From Phoronis australis (lineage: Eukaryota; Animalia; Phoronida): a DNA stretch of 64,000 nt. The translations under genes and the position numbers were made by a program. Positions within the stretch are counted from its first letter, which is position 1. Each line of letters starts with the position of its first letter. Where the stretch lies: NCBI GenBank assembly GCA_002633005.1, contig NMRA01000006.1, positions 1,520,888 through 1,584,887 on the forward strand, written 5' to 3'. Below, piece after piece: positions 51,101-61,859 of this stretch. The notes under the pieces are model-generated. The model worked only from the letters and a program-made list of their open reading frames with translations. It was not told where the DNA came from and did not search any database.

Positions 51101-54100
51101 GTTCTATTGATGTAAGAGTCTCATGAGAAAAGCTGGTGTGATCACATTCTTCGCTTGTATAGCATGGCATAATCTCACAAAACGTGCGTGGTCTTGTTTT
51201 CACGAGTTTCTCGTGTCTATGCACCGCAGGCCTGGGGAGATGGTATGGCTCAAAAATTTGTGACAACTGGGGTGGGAGGCAGCACTGATACCTTTCGCCC
51301 ATGTTGGTGTAGTCCTGGCTATGCAACTGGATGTGATTTGTTGAGTATCTTGTTTGCAGTTAGCATGGGGTGGACATTTCTTGGGAACACCAAAAATCAA
51401 CTTCATATAAATATGTGGGCGCATATTGCCATCATCTGCGTCTGAGCGTCTGGGCATCTGGTGTCCGCAGCTGTGTCTCCTAAACTCCTTGCAGTATCTT
51501 GATGAGAAATTGGCAGATGTGTTCCTATGAAGCTGACAGATGGCGACGAATTTCGGACAGATCCGACTACCAGTGTGCCCCCTAGTGACAATTTTAGTTT
51601 TTTACATTTACTTCTGTATCTTCAAATGTCCTCAATGGATTTTCATGAAATTTGGCTCTGGGCACCAATTATTAAGATGATGCTATCGTCCTGTTTTCGG
51701 ATGGATTCGATGCATTTGGCGCCACCTAGTTTTCATTTTTACTATTTTCAAGTCTGTTTTTTGGCGTCTGCCTCTCTATTAACCAATCCACTTTAAGGAT
51801 TGTGAAAATTAGCATACATGTGAAGAGGATGGGTGACGATGATTTTACGATGACTTTGACACCTCCTAGTGGCAGTTTCTTTTTTGCGCCTATAGCAGGA
51901 TCTTTATGAAATTTAGCGAGTGCATTTACATCAAGTTGACAACGAACAATGACTGTCAGACAGATCCGATCAAAGCTGTGCCCCCTAGTGACAATTTTTT
52001 CTGTTTTTTTTCTGTTTCTCTGAAATTCATTGATGGATTTTTATGAATTTTTTTTAAACGATGACATGTTCCCGTTTTTGCATGGATTTGAGGCACTTGT
52101 GTCATCTAGTGGCCATTTTTACTGTTTTCAAGTCTGTTTTTTGGCATCTGCCCTCTATAGACCAAACTACTCCAAGGATGATTGTGAAAATAAAATTGGT
52201 GTATACATTCTTAGTGTGAGGAGGACGGTTGATGATGGTTTTCTGACGACTGCAACTACTGTGGCGTATCCTAGTAGCAGTTTATTTTTTTTTTGCGCCC
52301 ATAGCTGTATCTCCTAAGCCCACTGCAGGATCTTTATTAAATTGAGCAAGTGTATTTGCATGAAATTGACAACAAACGACGACGACTTTCAGACTGATCT
52401 GACAAACGCTGTGCCCCCCAGCGGTAATTTCATTTTTTCCGTTTTTATCTGATTCTCTGAAGTTCCTCGACGGATTTTTATGAAATTTTGTTAATAGCTT
52501 TCTATTCAAGGAATGATGACATGTTCCCTTTTTTGCATGGATTCGAGGCATTTGTGCCATCTAGTGGCCATTTTTACTGTTTTCGAGTCTGGTTGATAAA
52601 GGGGCAGATGCCAAAAAACAAACCACTCTATGGATATTGGCATATACGTTCTTAGTATAAGGAGGACGGTTGACGATTTTCCGCTGTGCCCCCTGGTGGC
52701 AATTTCATTTTTTCCATTTTCCTTTGTTTCTCTGAATGTTCCTTGATGGATTTTTATGAAATTTGGTAAATAGCTTTCAATTAAGGAACAATAGCATGTT
52801 CTTGTTTCCGACGGATTTGACATATTTTGCATCATCTAGTGGCCACTTTTATAAACACCCCTAGAAGTACACCATTTGCGTAACATTCATGGGCGCATTT
52901 TAAGGCTCTGCTTAGCTATTGTTAGAAATGTCCTGATAAAAAGCGGTTGAAATTTGTTCTTTGATTATAACTCTATCACTTAAATAATCTTTCAGGTTGT
53001 AATAAGTTGTACTTTCGATTGTGGGCATCTCGGAGTAACTCACCAACTAATTCTGCGTAGAAGACAATGTGCAATATTGCAAAAATTGGCAGATTTGTTG
53101 TTTTTATAAAAACGAAGTAGGACATTGATTTGTATTTGATAAATAGAAAACACGGAGTCAAGAAATGCAAGGTTCGTAACACATTGAATATGATGTCTTC
53201 ACCATGTTTCATCCTTCCTCTCTTCAGGCGATTACTATATACTCAATGGCACCAAGTTCTGGATCACCAACGCACCTGATGCCGACGTCCTGGTCGTCTA
53301 CGCTAAGACAGATTTGTCAAACCCAGTCCCTGCCCATGGTATCAGCGCATTCATCATTGAAAGAGTGAGTTGTGTCAGACGTAGCTACTGAAAATGAGGA
53401 ACGCCCTGTAAGTGAAGATTACACCTGTTGCTTTGCAGAATGGACCACTGTTTACCCAGGTTTACAAGTTCATTGCCTTAGCTTCCATCAAACAATATTT
53501 TGTGACATTAAAGGCATTAACAACTGCATTTTTAAAAGCCTTTTAGCTATTTTTGACCAGAAATAGTGAAATTTTACCGTTTCAAGAGTCCATCCTCAAC
53601 ACTCGCCTTCAACCATTTTCTTTGTCAACAGTAATATCTTTATATTTTGGGTGTTGTTACAAAGCAAGACGACAAAGCGACAGGTTTAAACAAAATGAAT
53701 TTTCTTTTTTTAAACTCAAATGCACTCGTGCCAATCAATGTCATTTAATCAGATTTCACACAGTGTTCACGTTTTAGCATGCTGCATGACTCCGCTACAT
53801 AACACCATAAACAATGTTTAATGTCACATAGGTATTACTCATCAGGCTGTTCAAAAGGCAATGTAATTTTGTTGTTGTCATTTACTTGTACTGAACACTC
53901 TTACAACAAAACCCCTTGATGGTCATGATAACTAAAAACTAACCCGAGCACACATCACCAGCCTTGTTAAGAGCAATATTTTTGTGATCCTGGTCTAAAG
54001 TGTAATAAATTGTCAGTTCTTCTCAAATCTTGAAATCATTTTTTATCTGAGTAAGGAACAAGATCAAGTCATTTTTCTAACATGAAGTGGCCTAAACTAG

Positions 54101-57100
54101 AAGTTTGGTTTTCAACAGAAGGTGTGGCTTTCGTGTCCCTTCAAATGACTCACTGTTATGATATTGGACCTTACTCAGACAAGAAGTGAATTTTGAGCTT
54201 GGAAAGAACTGATGAGTCACTGTATATACTGAAATGAAAGTAAAGTATGATATTCTGTTGTTGAAGACTGAACCCAACACATTGGAATTAATTGACTAAA
54301 AGTAATATGGCTGGAATTAGGCTAGTTCCATTACCAAACACCAGATGGAGCAACAGTGATGAAGCTCACACTCCCTTGAGTCGATATTTTCCCACAAATA
54401 TGGATTCTGCGTAGGAATATACACAATAGGGTTTCATAAGAAAGCGCTCTCCACATGACTGAACCTGTGCCTTGAAAACAAGACTATCCTCCCATTAAGA
54501 CCTGTTACTGTTGTGATGCAAATTGCCTTTGTAAATTGTTACTAGAAGTTCAAAATTAAGAATTTTTCTCTTTACTGGCATTAATTACATAACCATTATC
54601 ACTGAATTTATGTTTTACTTGTATAGGGCATGGAAGGTTTTAGCACATCTCCAAAGTTGGATAAGCTGGGCATGAGAGGGTCAAATACTGGTGAATTAGT
54701 GTTTGAAGACTGTAAAGTACCAGGTAAGTTTGGCGGGATTTGTAAACTTGACGAGCTCTGTCATTGTAGTACGAAAACTGAATTTGCATAATGAGGCCAA
54801 AAAAGCATAGTTGGATCTAGTCTTCACCCTGACTAGTGTTGAGACCTGTGCTCACTGACTGAAAGAAAAAAATCTGCCTGGCTGCATCAATTTCAACCAA
54901 AGTCTTGTGTTTTTTAAAAAGCTTCACAAAGGTATGTGAACAAAGTTTGAAATGCCATGATTTGCAAAGCAATGAATCAAAAAAAAAAAAACAAATCCCC
55001 CGATTTTGCTCTTCATGTGTAGATTTTCTTTTTTTTAATTTTTGCAACTAAAAAATACGCCACCTACTAGACTTTCAAAAACGTCGCAGACCTGAACCAG
55101 CTATGCTTTATTTTCCTGTCCCATTTTCAAAAGAAGTTGTTAATCTTCTCTGGTTTCATTTTTTCTAGGCTTTACTGGCTAACCCTCGGTTGCAAATCTT
55201 CTGTAAGTTCTTATGAAAATTCTTTCTGAAAATGTGTAGACTCAAGTTTGAGACAAATTTTGAAAAACGATGTAGGATTAATTCAAATTTTCATGGGTTC
55301 GGCTTTTTGAGTCAATCTGTAGATAATAAATCTGTGAGTGTCGACAAGGAAAAGAGAGGTCAGTTTAAAAAAACTTTGAGATACGCGAACTGCCAACAAA
55401 CAGACTCGTACAGTTCATCTGTAGTTCGATTCTACAAAAAAAAACTAACAAACTACATTGCAAATTCTATAACAATTTGAACAAAAATACACAAATAGGG
55501 CTAATTCCAAAAAAACAGAATTAAATAAGAAATTGAATCATCTCAATACTGCGGGTCTCAAAATATATGTTCATCCTCTCTTGTCCACAGCCCAAGATAC
55601 ATTGGCAACACCCAAGTGTGCTGATCAGAAGTCAGCACACCTGTTCATATGCAAAATACGGGTCATATGACATTCAGAACACATTCAGCCCACACAAAGC
55701 TAAAGAGAGACAAATAAGCGTGAAGCTCCCTAAGCTAAAATCAAGTAGTCAAACATTAAATATCTGAGGCTCTCTAAGCTGACTCAGAGCAAAATATCTT
55801 ACAAAATCCAATATTTCATGTACTCCAGCTCAATTCTTTTGTTCATTTTATTTGTAGAATTTTGTGTTATCTGTAAAACATGAAACCACTATCTCAGAAT
55901 TTCTCATGCTCTCTTTTTTGCAACTAAGTGACATTAGTTCTATTATTGTTTGTTACAAAGCTGAAAATATCATGGGCATTGAGAACAAGGGTGTCTATGT
56001 GTTGACGAGAGTTTTTCGTGGCTGGTGGCTCTCTTGGGTACGATTTTCCCATGGCAAACAAACCAAACATCCAGGGATATTCTCAGCTCTCTCCCCATCT
56101 CACCTCTATGCTCAACTCAAGTTCTCTCCTGTGCTGCACGGATTCCTTCTGGATCTAATTCCATTTAAGAGTGTATGCTCGCCTTACTAGTTGCCATCCA
56201 TGGGCCTTTTTATGACTGGAGAATTGTGGGGACTACATGTCCCTAGCCGTCAGTTGGCTGGAAATGTACATTCTCTGGTTTCATTGGATGGTTTCACACT
56301 GCTTGGCTGACCAGTGTTCCACAATCCATTAAGGTATTCCACCAATTTGAGAAGTTCTGTGGTCCCCGGATGTTTCTGATTTTTCTTTGGTTTAACCTGA
56401 GCTTGGAGTAGCTGTGCATATCTCAACTCACTGCATTTTTCAAAGAAAATGTGCAAGATAAAAGTTGATTGTGTTCACTTGTAATTTACTCCCATATTTC
56501 TAAGCCATTGGTCACTGTTTGAGGCCACAAAGTGTGTAGTACTGCCAACCTTTTCTTATGGAGATTTAGCACCCCTTATTTTGCAGGATTACCCCGTGTA
56601 CCGACTTAAGTTCATTGGTGCCTTCTAAGGCTAGATTAGCCACCACTTTATTTTAATTTGAAGTTGGAAATTTTTTCACCCATGTTGCTCTTTACATCAT
56701 ATGTGACTTTAGCCTGCTTTGTGCCAGTTAAACTGAGCGCAAAACGAATTCTACCTCCTTACTGAAGATCGTCATTATCATACACTGCCTAGCATTCAAA
56801 ATACTTCATTGGCTCCCCGTTTGTGTTTCTTGTTTAAAGCTGAGAACCTTCTGGGTGGTGAAAACAAGGGTGTCTATGTCCTCTTTACTGGTCTTGATGC
56901 TGAGAGAGCTCTTGGTGCCTCTGGACCACTGGGGTAGGTTTGTTCAGTTTTTATTTGACACCTGCCAGTCATGACCTAAGCTCCTCCCACTTGCTCACTT
57001 AGGTACAAAGAAAGAATGGCATTTATTGGTAGAAAGTCTTTCTTTTCAATTGGTCAAGGGTTTACTAATAAACAGAAGTACTAATGTCCAAAATTTTTTT

Positions 57101-60100
57101 TGACCTCATTTGTCTGAAATATGAGGCCAGAGGTCAAACTAAAAAGCAGTTTTGGACACAGGTGCCATTCGAGATATTCGCAAGAGGCCGTGGGTCACTT
57201 ATCCTCCACAAATTAAAGGATCATGTAAGTGTAACTTATTTGGAAAAAACAGCTTTACCTTGGCGTATTTGTCTATTACTTCAAGATCAGGTTATTGCCC
57301 CTGCAATCGCTATAATTCATGTTTTGCTCTGATGACTTAATGTACCCCTCACTGTGCCCCCCCCCCCACCCCGGTACTCCACCCACAGGTCACCAGGTCG
57401 CCAACCCTCATCGGCAAAGCCTGAAGTAGCCAAAACTAAGTTTTACTGAAGTGATTGCAAGCTTTAGAATTGAATGGAAATTTTTGGGTCTCATAAGCGG
57501 AATTTCACATCATTTTTAAATATTTTTCATAGGGGAATGGGTCTCATATTTGGCCTCAAAAATCGAGGCATCAAGGACCCTGCCCTCATTCTTCAACTGC
57601 CAATTACTCATGAGGTTCTCAGCTGGGTGCTATCTTCCTGTTGCCTTCTGACAGTTTCTAATGCTGTACTGCTTAATCCTGACGGAAGCTGAGCAACGTA
57701 TGTTTTGTTGCTTAGATGTTCAGCTTGCTTACTCTAACATGCCATGCGAAATGCACCACCTGCTACACTTTAACTTTTTCACAATGTGTGAGCTACATGT
57801 ATGGTGCGTTCCGGGGATGAACAAAAAACAAGACTACTCAAAATAACTCTAGTGTTTCGCGATTATGCTCGGGAGCTTACTAGCATACTCTAGCAAAACA
57901 GCGAAGTGATTGGTCGGTGAGGTTGGAATGTTGAATTATGGGATAGAATTTGGGGTGAAGATTTCTGGCCACAAGTACTTGGTTTGTGTATTGCGTCTAT
58001 GGAACGCATTGCGTCTACGGAACGCATTACAGAATGGTGTTGTCAGTGCACTCTCAACTCTTCCCAGTCCTTTCTCGCCACTCTTACCATCCCTCTGTGA
58101 TTGCTTTTGATTACAGCTGAGAATCTCGTGCGTGAACAAAACCGGGGTGTTTACGTTTTAATGAGTGGCCTCGATATCGAAAGGCTCGTTCTTGCTGCTG
58201 GCCCTATTGGGTGAGTCAAGTTGATGTATCAGTTATGTATCAGCTGGCCCTATTGGGTGAGTCAAGTTGATGTATCAGCTGAATAGATTTTTTTTATAGA
58301 TTCTGGAAGTGATAAAAGTCATTGTTTACAATTCAAAGAAGTTTGCATTTTTGTCACTTTGCATTTTTTGTCGCGGGGGTATCACTTATTCATTTTACTT
58401 TGATGTACTTATTTTGTAGTTGTANGGTCAAAAAATGCCACCCATTTTTAATGCATCACTTCTTACAGGAACGACCACCCATAATTTGAGTTTTTTTCTG
58501 AAGACCACCACCCATGAATTTTTATTTCTACTGCCGTCCCCCCCCCACACGGATTTTACTGGAACAGCCCTTATGAATAATATGGTCAAAACAACTGTTT
58601 TGGTTTCATTGCTTGCCAGCGCTTGTTTTGTGACGTATTTTGAATTATACAGTGTTATTAATTCACAACATTTCTTCATTGGAAGTTGTACACTATTTGT
58701 CTTCACGTTCTGTGCTTCGTAACAGCTGATCCAAGGGAAGATGGCGGATATGTACACAACATTGAATGCCTGTCGGTCATACACTTACAATGTAGCAAGA
58801 GCTCTGGATAACGGACATCACGTGCCGAAGGTATAGTATATTTTGAAAAGACAAATGGGAGACTCGTGAACCAATGATAACTAGTTGTGTGTGGCTTATG
58901 ACCTGTAGAGTTACTAAGAGGTATGCGGAAGTATTTGATCACAGCGGGTAACGGCAAACTTTTTTACACGCGCGCTCTCTCTCTCTCTCCAGGATTGAAG
59001 TTGTAGATGGTGGAAACGTCAGAATGCACTCAATTGCAAACCTCGGCTAACTCCCGAAGCGGAGACTACTGTGTTATGTTTTTTTGCTAAATTTGTAAGA
59101 ATGGGCACAATACTGAAAAATCCACGTAAAACCACTGTAGTCACATTTGGTGTGCCCGGCAATCAAACGTGAGCATTTGGACTCAAACTTTGCAAACGAT
59201 GCAACTTTTGAAAAACACGCACGCTTGCTCAAAGTAAAGTAAATTCAGTTACTTCTTGTTAATAGTTTTCTTAACAAATGTTCAAGTATAGTCTTGTTTG
59301 AAGTTGTAATGTTTTAAACTTAACAAATAATATTTACAAATAACAGTGAGCAGGGCTTCCTCACGTGTGAGAACTGAATTGACTTTGAGAGAGCACAACT
59401 AAACAGTCTCACCGCGTTTCTTGAGTTGGGGCTCGTCTCTGTTTGAATTAATGTAGATATGGAACTCGCCGCTGAAGATGGGTCAGTTTAAGAAGTCTGC
59501 ATGTCCTTCCGACTGGGAGTACATACAATTGTGACACTCGATTTGTCAATCATCACGGAATTCCGGCATTGCTTGGTTGGCACACATTTAGTGTTTTGCA
59601 GAGACAATAAAACGTAACGTGCATAGACTTCTACTTTGCACTACTTTGGGATTCGCCCATGTAATATCAAAAATTTACGTACTCTGTGTTATTAACCAGT
59701 TGTGTCATAACACATTCCTTAATTCATGAGAGAAATGGAGTTGTTCCATCAAGTTTTTGGTCAATGGGTAGTAAGTCCTTAGTTGATATGGTATTTGAAA
59801 ATTTTCGGTGTAAATGGGGTTGATCTCAGCGTCGTCGTATTAGTCTTTGTTGAGTAGTAAGTTTTTAAGTGCCATCTCTGTCAATCATTTCAAGTCCATT
59901 GGTAAGTGGAAAATGTTCAGCACATTCAACAAACCTTGACTCTTGCCATCTCTATAAATTATTGTGAACTTGATGCTTTGATAAATTTTGTCATTTTACC
60001 AGAAATTCTCTTGATAAACCTATCAGGTGGCAGGAAGTTTGATTGAGAAACATTGGAATGACGATAATGATAGTGATAATGATAATGATAATGATAGTGA

Positions 60101-61723
60101 TAATAATTGATAATGGTAATGATAGTGATAATGATAATGATAGTGATAATAATTGATAATGGTAATGATAGTGATAATAATTGATAATGATAGTGATAAT
60201 AATTGATAATGGTAATGATAGTGATAATAATTGATAATGATAGTGATAATAATTGATAATGGTAATGATAGTGATAATAATTGATAATGATAGTGATAAT
60301 GATAATGATAGTGATAATGATAGTGATAATGATAGTGATAATAATTGAGAATGATAGTGATAATGATAATGATAGTGATAAGAATTGATAATGTTAGTGA
60401 TAATGATAGTGATAATGATAATGATTAATTGATAATCGGGATCACATTTCCACTGCTCTTGAAACTGACTTTGTTGTATTCAAAATTCATAACAATAGGT
60501 ACCTTATCAAGGTATTATGAAAGGTACCTGAATCAGAACCGTAAGCCTTGACATATTAGAGCTTTCGAGCCATCAAGGGTCCTTCTTTAAAGACAACTCG
60601 CATCACTTTGTAGACTCTAATTGAAAGTAAGTTTTGAACGTCATTCAAAACATTGGTCTTTTGGCACAAGACTCTCTGCCCTCTTCTGTCACCCCTGTTT
60701 TTATATTTTCAGGACTGTGCTGGTGTTATTCTGTATGTTGCCGAAGCTGCCACCAAAGTGGCATTAGATGCTATACAGATTCTAGGTAAAGTATACATTA
60801 AAAAATAGTGCCGGTGATCCAATACACATTAGATCAGACATGCGCAGGCTAGTAAGCTTTGCCCATTGTACTAAACACCTGAAACCATTTTTTTCATTTA
60901 GTAACATAAACTATACATGTAACACGTATACACAAATTAAGACTGAGCTGAGAAGCTAGAATCCTGAGTCGAGGATCTAGCAGTGGGGTCCAATGGGATT
61001 TGAATCCATGACACTTAACCCACTAGATGGCACTGCCTCCTCAGAGTGGCTGATTAAGTAAGCTTTATTGTTTATCTTTGTATGCGGGGCTATCAACAAT
61101 ATGACATGATTTTCATGAAAAAAATCGTCGAAAGTTCAATAAAGTGAAATCAAAACTTACATTAATTTAGGAAACTGTAGCAGCATTTTGACTATTCATT
61201 TTCATCATCTACAATAAAACATTTGGTCATGTTATTGATATCATAATTTTGTTAAATTTTACTAAAAAGACATGGTCACATGACCCAACTGATGGCAGAC
61301 TGATAAAAAGTCGAAAACAAGTTTCCTCAGGCTTTCTACTTTCAGAAAATGCATGCTTTTTTACTGATATAAGCTCTATTAGTTTTAAAGATATTTGGCT
61401 GAATGCACAGACAGATAAGGTCCTACATAACCTGACACTGTTCATAAGGTCCTACATAACCTGACACTGTTCATAAGGTCCTACATAACCTGACACTGTT
61501 CATAAGGTCCTACATAACCTGACACTGTTCATAAGGTCCTACATAACCTGACACTGTTCATGTTCGATTCCTAGGTGGAAACGGTTACATCAACGACTAT
61601 CCCACTGGGCGGTTCTTACGTGATGCTAAGTTGTATGAGATAGGTGCTGGCACCAGTGAGGTTAGACGACTCTTGATTGGTCGAGCTTTGAATGAAGAAT
61701 ATGGGGTCAAGAGGTCAGCGTGA
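39200..61723 (+). CDS. IVD: Isovaleryl-CoA dehydrogenase, mitochondrial (multi-exon)
   Basis: Exons 39200-39340 (transit peptide, ..[16 protein letters not shown]), 48941-49030, 49566-49617, 50243-50412 ([13 protein letters not shown]), 50953-51046 ([14 protein letters not shown]), 53228-53364 ([10 protein letters not shown]), 54627-54723 ([12 protein letters not shown]), exon 8 variants 56840-56933 / 58117-58210, exon 9 not found (N at 58425), 58726-58830, 60713-60785, 61575-61723 ([17 protein letters not shown], the IVD-type G-A in place of the MCAD Y-E). Confidence 0.95.
39536..43227. repeat. ~1.3-kb near-identical duplication around single-N junctions in IVD intron 1
   Basis: 39536-40828 is repeated at about 41019-42297, each copy ending at an N (40829, 42298); the last ~170 nt recur at 43060-43227. 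Confidence 0.85.
40830..41009 (-). mobile_element. Ty3/Gypsy LTR-retrotransposon integrase C-terminal fragment
   Basis: KKDYD...[10 protein letters not shown]...[26 protein letters not shown] matches the GPY/F-type module downstream of Gypsy integrases. Confidence 0.75.
45400..46711. mobile_element. Kolobok-like non-autonomous DNA transposon with ~310-nt TIRs and THAP remnants
   Basis: TTAA at 45396-45399 and 46712-46715; termini a(a/g)gcgaagg; arms 45400-45710 and about 46395-46711 are inverted copies; ORF 46236-46445(-) [11 protein letters not shown]...W...VCGKHF is THAP (C2CH)-like. Confidence 0.75.
51405..52920 (+). mobile_element. Helentron/HINE (DINE-1/pearl-like) non-autonomous element with internal tandem modules
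   Basis: 5' gtgggcgcat followed by a gtcY microsatellite, repeated modules (gtgccccctagtg..., ggattttYatgaaatttgg) and a 3' gggcgcat; a second copy starts at 63598. Confidence 0.6.
55961..56037 (+). pseudogene. IVD: IVD exon 8a, decayed duplicate (pseudo-exon)
   Basis: acaaag|CT GAA AAT ATC ATG GGC ATT GAG AAC AAG GGT GTC TAT GTG TTG ... GCT GGT GGC TCT CTT GG|gtac; 77 nt versus 94, so frameshifted, and lacks the SGLDxE segment. Confidence 0.75.
56840..56933 (+). CDS. IVD: IVD alternative exon 8b (intact, divergent)
   Basis: tttaaag|CT...CTG GG|gtaggt; 94 nt, phase 1-2; (A)[30 protein letters not shown](G). Confidence 0.85.
58117..58210 (+). CDS. IVD: IVD alternative exon 8c (canonical)
   Basis: ttacag|CT...ATT GG|gtgagt; 94 nt, phase 1-2; (A)[30 protein letters not shown](G). 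Confidence 0.92.
58197..58278. repeat. 36-nt duplication of the IVD exon 8c donor
   Basis: gctggccctattgg|gtgagtcaagttgatgtatcag occurs at 58197 and 58243. Confidence 0.9.
59270..60060 (-). mobile_element. Degenerate Penelope-like retroelement fragment
   Basis: Minus-strand remnants SIKFT (59963-59977), YYMGES (59649-59666, YIG-like) and IYIN..NRDE near 59430-59465; many disablements. Confidence 0.4.
60063..60436. repeat. (GATAAT/GATAGT)n microsatellite array
   Basis: About 370 nt of degenerate hexamer repeats. Confidence 0.95.
61415..61561. repeat. 29-nt tandem repeat x5 just upstream of the last IVD acceptor
   Basis: ataaggtcctacataacctgacactgttc x5 perfect copies, ending about 13 nt before exon start 61575. 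Confidence 0.95.
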
Positions 61724-61853
61724 TGACATTTCCTGCAACATTTCAGGGGATGGTGTTACGACACAGTCTTTTTGATATTCTATACTTTAAATCATGCGTG
61801 CACCGTTTTCACATTTTATCACCTCTTTATTCTAAAAGTGCACGTGAAGGCTA

Positions 61854-61859
61854 AATAAA
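61854..61859 (+). terminator. Candidate IVD polyadenylation signal
   Basis: AATAAA about 130 nt after the stop codon. Confidence 0.45.

Noticed and set aside
60555-60592. Hammerhead-ribozyme-like motif on the minus strand near the Penelope-like fragment
   Set aside because: The core reads ttaaaga instead of CTGANGA and stem II is mismatched; at most a dead remnant.
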